Shown one piece after another: positions 18,466 to 25,401 of a stretch of DNA of 26,668 bases. A program made the position numbers and the translations under genes. Source of the DNA: Pseudomonadota bacterium (GTDB lineage Bacteria > UBA10199 > 2-02-FULL-44-16 > JAAZCA01); NCBI GenBank assembly GCA_043822785.1, contig JBDRBN010000071.1, positions 1 through 26,668 of the forward strand, in the 5' to 3' direction. Numbering within the stretch: the stretch's first letter is position 1; each line of letters starts with the position of its first letter. The notes beneath the pieces are model-generated. The model was not told the origin of the DNA. It worked only from the letters and a program-made list of their open reading frames with translations, and made no database searches.

Positions 18466-18479
18466 AATTTTCTCACCTT

Positions 18480-18788
18480 CTAGTCTTCAAATACCGTTAT
18501 AATGTCGATAGCATTTTCCTCATGCCTCAATGCAACAACAACACATATATTTTTCTTGTCGATATTTCCCCAAACTCTATATTTATAAACGTCATGATTC
18601 GAGTCGTATTCAGGAGCGCTATTTTCTTCAATATACCCACCTCTTATAACCCTCTGCACATCAGTCATATCTATCTTTCGCTTCCGCTGCTTTTTCCAAA
18701 AGTGGTTCTTTGAGAAGCGAATACGGCCGTCACGCGCAATTCGTTTTATTTCCTTTATTGCTTCGGCATTTGATAGCGCTTTAGTCAT
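18480..18788 (-). CDS. DUF4258-family putative toxin (RelE-like fold)
   Basis: IRFSKNHFWKKQRKRKIDMTDVQRVIRGG, YKYRVWG, C-terminal IITVF. Basic 102-aa protein directly upstream of the MqsA-like gene. Confidence 0.8.
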   Translation of the reverse strand: MTKALSNAEAIKEIKRIARDGRIRFSKNHFWKKQRKRKIDMTDVQRVIRGGYIEENSAPEYDSNHDVYKYRVWGNIDKKNICVVVALRHEENAIDIITVFED

Positions 18789-18830
18789 AATGTGCCGCGC
18801 AACAACTTTGGCCTTATTCTACCATTATTA

Positions 18831-18857
18831 TTATCGGCTTTCAAGCATCAGAAGTTG
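18831..18857 (-). promoter_or_regulatory. Putative sigma-28-like promoter (CAACTT-N13-GCCGATAA)
   Basis: The minus strand reads GCAACTTCTGATGCTTGAAAGCCGATAA, a perfect FliA -10 box 42 nt upstream of the toxin ATG. Confidence 0.5.
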
Positions 18858-19007
18858 CGTTAATTTTATAACTATATGTATTTCTTGCTAAATTAGGACT
18901 GTTTATAGCCTCAATATTAGATCATCAAACTTTAAGCGAGTTGATCTTAGGCCAACTAATACAGGCAGTCAATATTCAATTTAAAGAGATGCGATAAATT
19001 ACAAACT

Positions 19008-19256
19008 TTAGCTGGGAGAGGTGGTTTTGGTTCATCGCCGGGAGGCGGCGGGGCCCCCATCGCGGCGAGCTGGATGTGGAAACGCCAGCAAAACTGCGTA
19101 AGTCACAACAAAGACTTAGGCCAAGCAACCTATTCGGGCGAAGGCCTAAGTCTTTGTTGATGACACGCAGTTTGAGTGGGGAGGGTCCGCAGCCAGTGAG
19201 ACCGCGAAAGGGGAGCCGCCGGAGGCGCTAGAACCAAAACCACCCCTCCCAGCTAA
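19008..19256. repeat. 249-nt imperfect palindrome (rod-like hairpin): MITE/REP-like element or structured RNA
   Basis: Terminal inverted repeats 25/26 (TTAGCTGGGAGAGGTGGTTTTGGTTC / GAACCAAAACCACCCCTCCCAGCTAA). Nested stems CGCC, GGCGGC, CCCC, TCGCGG, CTGG, TGTGGA, AAACTGCGT, GTCA. Perfect 17-bp apical stem (19106-19122 / 19143-19159) closing a 20-nt loop. Confidence 0.92.
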
Positions 19257-19400
19257 TCAAATATAAAAGATCAATATTAGCTATCCCCCACAAACTTTAC
19301 ACGGCACTCCTCCGCAGGAGTATGCTTTCTTTCTTGTGAGAGGAATACAGTTGCGGGTGCAGCGTTTGGCCCAGATGCAGCTAACCTTGTGCGTCTTCAC

Positions 19401-21068
19401 TCAGAAATCTTTCTCAGATACTTTCAGCGGAGATGGCAGATAGTTCTCCTCTTTCTGAACTATAATCTCGATTATAGAAGATTTGGGACTTGCGATCGCC
19501 TTTTCCAGACAAGGTGCGATCTCTGAAGGTTTGGTCGCCTTAAATCCGTTAAGGCCGTAGGCCTTTGCGATCTCAGCAAAATCAGGCTTGGGGCCAAGAT
19601 GAACCGAAGAGTACCTATCAGCCCCATATACCTTCTCTTGCCACTGCCTGACCATGCTCAGGTATTCGTCCTTTAGTATAACGGTTATGACCTTGAGATT
19701 CTCATAAGCCAAAACACCCAGCTCCTGTATTGTCATCTGAAACGAGCCGTCGCCGTCGATATTAAAAACTTCCTTATCCGGCTTGGCCATCTTTGCACCT
19801 ATGGATGCCGGCAAGCCGAAACCCATTGTGCCTTCACCGCCGCTGGTGATAAAAGTTCTTGGATACTTTCTATCGATATAGTGCTGTGCCATCATCTGAT
19901 GGTTGCCCACACCCGTGACCACGATATCTTCGTCCTTGATGTACTTTCTCAAATCATGAAATACCCTCTTGTGGGAGATGGGTTCACAGTCACGGCTTAT
20001 GTCCTCGCCAAATTCCCGGTCTTTGAATTCCTTTAACATGCTTGGCCATGCTGCATCTTTGTTCTTAGCACCAGTTTTCTCAACCTCATTGATGAGCTCC
20101 TTAAGAACGAGCTTTGCATCCCCGACTACCGCGATGTCTGGTTTGATATTCTCACCGATCTCCTTGGGATCGGCATCGATATGAACTATTTTAGCTTTGG
20201 GTCCGAATACTTCTCTGGAGGGAACGGTTCGATCAGAAAATCTACAGCCGATCGCAATGATCAGATCCGTTCTATTGACTGCAAAGTTTGCGGTCTTTGA
20301 TCCATACAGGCCGGTCATGCCCAAGGTTAGCGGGTGTTTATCAGGCATGGCGCTCTTTGCCATCAAGGTTCTGACGACTGGAATGCTTGTTTTATCGACA
20401 AAAGCAGCGAGCTCTTCTGACGCATTGGAAGCGATAATTCCCCCGCCGATCAAGACCAACGACTTATCTGATTCGCTTATGAGCTTGGCTATTTCAGATA
20501 TTTTTTCGCGCTGCCCCTCAAAAACAGGTACGCTCACAGGAACCTCTGTAGGAATTTCAGCAGTCAGCTTTCCCATCTGAACTTCTTTGGGAAGATCGAT
20601 ATAGACCGGACCTGGCCTGCCCTGGGTCGTGAGCCTAAACGCCTCATTGAATACCTTGAATGCCTCATCAGGATCGTGTATCTGAAAGTCTTTCTTGCAT
20701 GTGTGCAGAGCAATATCCACCATGTCAGCTTCCTGAAAAGCCTCGTGGCCGATGAGCTTAAAAGAAACCTGCCCAGCCATGGCGATCATTGGGGAAGAAT
20801 CCATCCATGCAGTGAGCATTCCCGTAACCAGGTTGGCTGCTCCCGGGCCGGATGTAGCTATGCACACGCCAGGCCTTCCCGATGCCCTTGAAAAACCATC
20901 AGCAGCATGAGCTGCACCCTGTTCGTGCCTCATGAGAATATTTTGGATATATGCTTTATGATCCAAGAGTGCATCAAAGACCGCAACTATGCCTCCGCCA
21001 GGATATCCAAAGGTATGCGTAATGCCGTGCTTGATGAGTGTCTTTACAATCGCATGTCCCCCGTCCAT
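19401..21068 (-). CDS. ilvB: Acetolactate synthase large subunit, biosynthetic type
   Basis: FGYPGG, RHEQGAAHAADG, TSGPGAANL, AFQEAD, GCRFSDR, HIDADP, GVGNHQM, GTMGFGLP, TPP motif GDGSFQM, MVRQWQ. Confidence 0.93.
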   Translation of the reverse strand: MDGGHAIVKTLIKHGITHTFGYPGGGIVAVFDALLDHKAYIQNILMRHEQGAAHAADGFSRASGRPGVCIATSGPGAANLVTGMLTAWMDSSPMIAMAGQVSFKLIGHEAFQEADMVDIALHTCKKDFQIHDPDEAFKVFNEAFRLTTQGRPGPVYIDLPKEVQMGKLTAEIPTEVPVSVPVFEGQREKISEIAKLISESDKSLVLIGGGIIASNASEELAAFVDKTSIPVVRTLMAKSAMPDKHPLTLGMTGLYGSKTANFAVNRTDLIIAIGCRFSDRTVPSREVFGPKAKIVHIDADPKEIGENIKPDIAVVGDAKLVLKELINEVEKTGAKNKDAAWPSMLKEFKDREFGEDISRDCEPISHKRVFHDLRKYIKDEDIVVTGVGNHQMMAQHYIDRKYPRTFITSGGEGTMGFGLPASIGAKMAKPDKEVFNIDGDGSFQMTIQELGVLAYENLKVITVILKDEYLSMVRQWQEKVYGADRYSSVHLGPKPDFAEIAKAYGLNGFKATKPSEIAPCLEKAIASPKSSIIEIIVQKEENYLPSPLKVSEKDF

Positions 21069-21157
21069 AGAAACCGCCTTTCTTGCATAATTATTATTTG
21101 GTCATTTGAATGTCTATTTCTATCACATCGAAAATATGGGTCAATCCTTCGATTTAC

Positions 21158-22120
21158 TCAGGACAGGCGCATAAGGAATTTAAGCAACATCTTAGGCATA
21201 CTGTATTTTGAAATGGATCTGAGAGAATACTGTGTTCGGTTAACAATAGAATATGCAGCCAGGATGCCGCTCTCAATTGCACGGCCTATGCCCTCGCCCA
21301 TGTCCTTTGTAGCAAGACCTGCTGAATCGCCGACAATATAACAACGATTTATCTGTCCGACGACTCTATTTTGTCTGAGAAAATAGTTATAACCCTTGGG
21401 ATCAAATGATCGATCGTCGATCAACGACAAATCCCGAAGCTTTTGTACAAAAGAGTTCCACTGACTCTTGATCGTATCGCCCCTTTGCCTAAGCTTTGAT
21501 AACACGCCCCCTATTCCAATATTAACGTATCCATTTTTCTTTGGCACATACCATGAGTATCCAGGAAGCCTGTTTTCAAAAAACCACAGATAGCAATTTG
21601 CGTCATGATAATCGTATACAAATTCCTCTTCAAGTGTTGTGATTTGCTTATCTTTTATACGAGGGTTTTTTTCTTGGAAGAACGTCCTGTAAACAGGACA
21701 ATACGTGCCACCTGCGCCAACCAGATACTTACACCTAAACTTGTCATCGATGATATAGTGCTCACCATCCTTTATGATCTTGCGAACCTCATGATTATGA
21801 ACAAGAACGCCAGATCGGCTCAAGAGCCAATCGTCAAACTCATATCTTCGAATCGCATATTGCTGAGTCTTAATCGTAATTGCCTTGCCATAAAAATGGA
21901 AATGAAGTTTTTCAAATGAAGTCAAGCTGTGAGGATAGTTATTAAGGTCAAGATTCAAAGCGCTTAGCACCTGTGGCGTGATCCAACCTGCGCAGAGTTT
22001 TGCTCTTGGAAAAACGCTCTTTTCAAGAATTGCACATTGAACGCCGCTTTGCTTAAGCCGCCAGGCACATGTAGAACCTGCTGGTCCTCCGCCAACGATG
22101 ATTACTTCATAAGAGATCAT
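21158..22120 (-). CDS. Geranylgeranyl-reductase-family FAD-dependent oxidoreductase
   Basis: VGGGPAGS, EKSVFPRAKLCAG, RYEFDDWL, LVGAGG, GYSWYVPK, VGDSAGL, GEGIGRAIESG. Confidence 0.88.
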   Translation of the reverse strand: MISYEVIIVGGGPAGSTCAWRLKQSGVQCAILEKSVFPRAKLCAGWITPQVLSALNLDLNNYPHSLTSFEKLHFHFYGKAITIKTQQYAIRRYEFDDWLLSRSGVLVHNHEVRKIIKDGEHYIIDDKFRCKYLVGAGGTYCPVYRTFFQEKNPRIKDKQITTLEEEFVYDYHDANCYLWFFENRLPGYSWYVPKKNGYVNIGIGGVLSKLRQRGDTIKSQWNSFVQKLRDLSLIDDRSFDPKGYNYFLRQNRVVGQINRCYIVGDSAGLATKDMGEGIGRAIESGILAAYSIVNRTQYSLRSISKYSMPKMLLKFLMRLS

Positions 22121-22126
22121 GATGGG

Positions 22127-23248
22127 TTAGCTCACACGGCAATTCGGTTGGGCCCTGCCTGTCTTTGTCATGACGATCTGCCACAGCTGCTGGCGCCTGG
22201 ACCTAAATGCGCCCGCACAACTTAAAAGATAAAATCTCCACATCCTATAAAACCGCTCATCATATCTATGTTTCAACTGGGGCCATGCACGCTCAAAATT
22301 GTGATACCATGCCATGAGCGTCTTGTCATAATCAGGGCCAAAATTATGCCAATCCTCCATGACAAACAGTTTATTCATCGCTTTGCCGATCTGGGCAATG
22401 GACGGCAACATGCTATTTGGAAAGATGTATTTATCAAACCAGGCATTCACAATGGTTGAACAGGCATTTGCTCCGATAGTGTGGATAAAAGCAATGCCAT
22501 CATCCTTAAGGCATCTGTCTACTGTCTCCATGTACGTTCTGTAGTTTTTGTATCCCACGTGCTCTAGAATGCCGATGGATATGATAGCATCGTATTTTCC
22601 TTCTACCCCTCTATAATCCTCTAGCCGCAGATCAACCGGAAGCCCCTTGCACATCTGTGTTCCTAACTCAACCTGTTCTTTTGAAACTGTAATGCCGGTC
22701 ACATGCGCGCCATACTTCTCAGCCGCATATTTGGCAAAGCTTCCCCATCCACAACCGAGCTCCAAGACTTTCATGCCTGGCCTAAGCCCAATCTTTTTGC
22801 AAACCAGTTCGAGTTTTGCTTCCTGTGCTTGAGCTAGGGTGTTTGCCTCTTTCCAATAACCGCAGGTGTAGAGCATGCGCTCATCGAGCATGGCTTTGTA
22901 CAGATCGTTTCCAATATCGTAGTGCCTCTTGCCAACCTCATAAGCCCGTGTCTTGGTCTGAAGATTAAAAAATCTGCCCTTTAGCACATGAAGCGCTATC
23001 TTCCAGTTACCCTTCGCCTTTTCTTCGATATTCGCGCTTACGAGCTTTGCAATAAACTCATCCAGAGCATCGCAATCCCACCAGCCATCCATATATGATT
23101 CACCAAGTCCCAGAGCGCCTTCACAGAGGTAACGTTTATACGACTTTTTATTATGTACCCTTATATCCCAGGGATTATCACTGCCTACGGCAATCCCAGC
23201 TGAGCAAAGCAACTCCCGCGCAATACGTTCTGATTTATTGTTTTTCAT
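22127..23248 (-). CDS. cfa: Cyclopropane fatty acyl phospholipid synthase family SAM methyltransferase
   Basis: LGLGESYMDGWW, HYDIGNDLY, YTCGYW, VLELGCGWG, SIGILEHVG, YIFPN, MWRFYLLSCAGAF. Real start is the ATG at 23248 (MKNNKSE). Confidence 0.92.
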   Translation of the reverse strand: MKNNKSERIARELLCSAGIAVGSDNPWDIRVHNKKSYKRYLCEGALGLGESYMDGWWDCDALDEFIAKLVSANIEEKAKGNWKIALHVLKGRFFNLQTKTRAYEVGKRHYDIGNDLYKAMLDERMLYTCGYWKEANTLAQAQEAKLELVCKKIGLRPGMKVLELGCGWGSFAKYAAEKYGAHVTGITVSKEQVELGTQMCKGLPVDLRLEDYRGVEGKYDAIISIGILEHVGYKNYRTYMETVDRCLKDDGIAFIHTIGANACSTIVNAWFDKYIFPNSMLPSIAQIGKAMNKLFVMEDWHNFGPDYDKTLMAWYHNFERAWPQLKHRYDERFYRMWRFYLLSCAGAFRSRRQQLWQIVMTKTGRAQPNCRVS

Positions 23249-23255
23249 AATGAGC

Positions 23256-24650
23256 TCAGTCGGTCTTCCCTGTCCAGCAGTAGACGCACAATTTTTCACG
23301 TGGCAGACCAATAGCCTCAATCATATCATCAAGCCTCTGATACTGAATCGAAGTAACGTCTATGTCGTTTGTGATCCAATCGATCATGCGCTTATACTCA
23401 TCGCTGTCAGGATCGAGGTACTTCTCGACGTCATCGGTTTTGACTCCTTCGAGATCATTTATAGCACGCCTTGCTATGAGCTCATCCTCAGAGCGCGTGG
23501 AGATGTTGAACTTGCATGGATACATGAGCGGTGGGCAAGCAGGTCGAACGTGAACCTCTTTTGCGCCGCTATTCCAAAGCTTTTGCACTGTAAAATTCTT
23601 AAGCTGCGTACCCCTTACGATTGAATCCTCACAGATCAAAACTTTTTTGCCGTCGATTATCTCTGGTATGGCGATGAGCTTCATCTTTGCTACCTTATCG
23701 CGCTCCTCCTGCGAAGGCGGTGTATAGCTACGGCCATAGCCAGGCGTGTACTTAACCAATGGCCGGCGATAGGGTATGCCCGATTCCATCGCGTATCCAA
23801 CTGCATGGGCAACGCCAGATTCAGGAACGCCGCCTACCATGTCAGGTTTCACTGTATCGCGCTTTGACAAACAGCGGCCACATCGCTCGCGCACTACTTC
23901 TGCGTTCATGCCCTCATAATTCGATGTGGGAAAACCAGTGTATATCCACAAAAAGGAGCATATTCTGCATTTATCGCCAGGCCGGCCTATTGCCTTTGGA
24001 CCATTATCATCGATAAAAACTATCTCGCCCGGCCCAAGGTTTTTCTTAATCTTAAAGCCCATGTTAGTTAGAGCACCGGTTTCAGTGGTTACAGCCCAGC
24101 CTTTTTCACCTTCGCCTATTACCAAAGGTGAGTAACCAAACCTATCGCGCGCAGCATACAGGCCCTTTTCCGTAAGCAAGAGGATGGAACACGAACCTTG
24201 GATGAGCTTGAATACATTTTGTATGCCGTCTGCGATATCGCTGCCCGAATTTATCAGCTTGGCTACAAGTTCTATATGGTTGATTGTCCTATGGCGCACC
24301 TCGCTAAATGAGAATCCTTGTTCAAGAAGGCCTCTTGCCAGCTCATCAGCATTATCTATCCAGCCGTTCATGACCAACGCAAACCGGCCAAAGCGTGAGT
24401 TTAAGCATATGGGCTGGGTCTGGGCTGCACTAACCACGCCAATACCCTTGCTGCCTGCAAGATCGTGCTTCTCCTCATAAAATTTGGATTTGAACTGGCT
24501 GGATCTTATGGAGTGGATCTTTCTTCTAAGTTCATCACCCCACACAGCCATGCCGCCATACTGCGTGCCTAAATGAGAGTGATAATCTGTTCCATAAATA
24601 AGTGTTTCAATACAGTCATTTTTTTCAATGACTCCAAAAATGCCGGACAC
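23256..24650 (-). CDS. purF: Amidophosphoribosyltransferase-like protein with Ser in place of the N-terminal Cys
   Basis: SD AAGGAG plus GTG start. MSGIFG, AARDRFG, PGEIV, CSFLWIY, GVPESG, PRPP loop EDSIVRGTQL, EVHVRPACPP, LCVYCW. Confidence 0.88.
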   Translation of the reverse strand: MSGIFGVIEKNDCIETLIYGTDYHSHLGTQYGGMAVWGDELRRKIHSIRSSQFKSKFYEEKHDLAGSKGIGVVSAAQTQPICLNSRFGRFALVMNGWIDNADELARGLLEQGFSFSEVRHRTINHIELVAKLINSGSDIADGIQNVFKLIQGSCSILLLTEKGLYAARDRFGYSPLVIGEGEKGWAVTTETGALTNMGFKIKKNLGPGEIVFIDDNGPKAIGRPGDKCRICSFLWIYTGFPTSNYEGMNAEVVRERCGRCLSKRDTVKPDMVGGVPESGVAHAVGYAMESGIPYRRPLVKYTPGYGRSYTPPSQEERDKVAKMKLIAIPEIIDGKKVLICEDSIVRGTQLKNFTVQKLWNSGAKEVHVRPACPPLMYPCKFNISTRSEDELIARRAINDLEGVKTDDVEKYLDPDSDEYKRMIDWITNDIDVTSIQYQRLDDMIEAIGLPREKLCVYCWTGKTD

Positions 24651-24780
24651 GGTGGTCTCCTTTCATTTGGGAAGGCATGCTTAATGGCCCAATTTAAAGT
24701 CTATGTCACGAAAAAATCTGGCCAAGGCTGAGCGATTTTTTTCTCTTTCATTACCTGCTAGTTGAAATTATATATGCGCC

Positions 24781-25401
24781 ATGTCTGACATCCTCATAGC
24801 ACCCCTGCTTCTTGGACTCTCCACTGGCGTATACTGCGTTGTTTACTGCATCCCATTTGTAGCGCCAGTGATGGTCACAGAAGAGCGAAAGGCCAAAGAA
24901 AACTTCAATGTGCTCGCCAAGTTCATCTTAGGCAGGCTCTTGGGGTATTTGGCCTTTGGGCTCATGGCAGGCTATCTGGGCACAAAGCTAGGTGGAGTAA
25001 ATTGGCAAAAGGCAGCCATGATCGCCCTGGCTCTTCTCTCCATAATCCTCATCCTCCATGCAGTAGGCCTTTGGCAGGCACAGCGCTTTTCATTATGCGC
25101 TTTCATAAAAAGATCTAACCCTGATATACCGCTTGTGATGGGCGTGCTTTTAGGAGTAAACGCCTGTCCGCCGTTTCTTCTATCGCTCACCTATGTGCTC
25201 ACACTTCAGAGCACGCTCAAAGGCCTTATATACTTTTTCATGTTCTTCATAGGAACATCGGTATATTTTATACCGCTTTTCTTTTTGGGATATTTAAACA
25301 AAGTGCGCGAATTTCAGATCGCAGGCAGGATATGCGCTGTGATCGTGGGGTTTCTTTTCTTAGGCTACAGCATCTATAATATTGTATGGAGGCTGCCATG
25401 A
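24781..25401 (+). CDS. DsbD_2 / sulfite exporter TauE-SafE-like membrane protein
   Basis: GLSTGVYCVVYC, GRLLGY, GVLLGVNACPP, FFIGTS. About 6 TM segments. Confidence 0.8.
   Translation: MSDILIAPLLLGLSTGVYCVVYCIPFVAPVMVTEERKAKENFNVLAKFILGRLLGYLAFGLMAGYLGTKLGGVNWQKAAMIALALLSIILILHAVGLWQAQRFSLCAFIKRSNPDIPLVMGVLLGVNACPPFLLSLTYVLTLQSTLKGLIYFFMFFIGTSVYFIPLFFLGYLNKVREFQIAGRICAVIVGFLFLGYSIYNIVWRLP

Noticed and set aside
18796..18817. CGCGCAACAACTTTGGCCTTAT matches the reverse complement of 2024-2045 at 19/22
   Set aside because: A rough estimate gives on the order of one such match by chance in a window this size. The orientation relative to the genes differs and no CGATAA box follows.
19008..19256. 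Palindrome as a CRISPR array, tRNA, SRP RNA or simple terminator
   Set aside because: There is no repeat-spacer periodicity, cloverleaf or SRP domain IV motif, and it is much too long for a terminator. 6S RNA cannot be excluded without a covariance-model search.
19296..19443. Sigma-70-like TTTACA-N19-TATGCT, SD GAGAGGA and a 30-codon TTG ORF antisense to the ilvB end
   Set aside because: The spacer is too long, and the ORF is short with no motif. I cannot support it without expression data.
23249..23320. Upstream extension of cfa, and similar extensions at 2002-2088, 15933-15995, 16441-16545 and 17894-17986
   Set aside because: These overlap neighbouring genes or promoter motifs. The downstream ATGs fit gene spacing and family N-termini better.
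24711..24741. AAAAAATC...GATTTTTT inverted repeat between purF-like and DsbD_2 genes
   Set aside because: Low-complexity A/T arms that could easily arise by chance.
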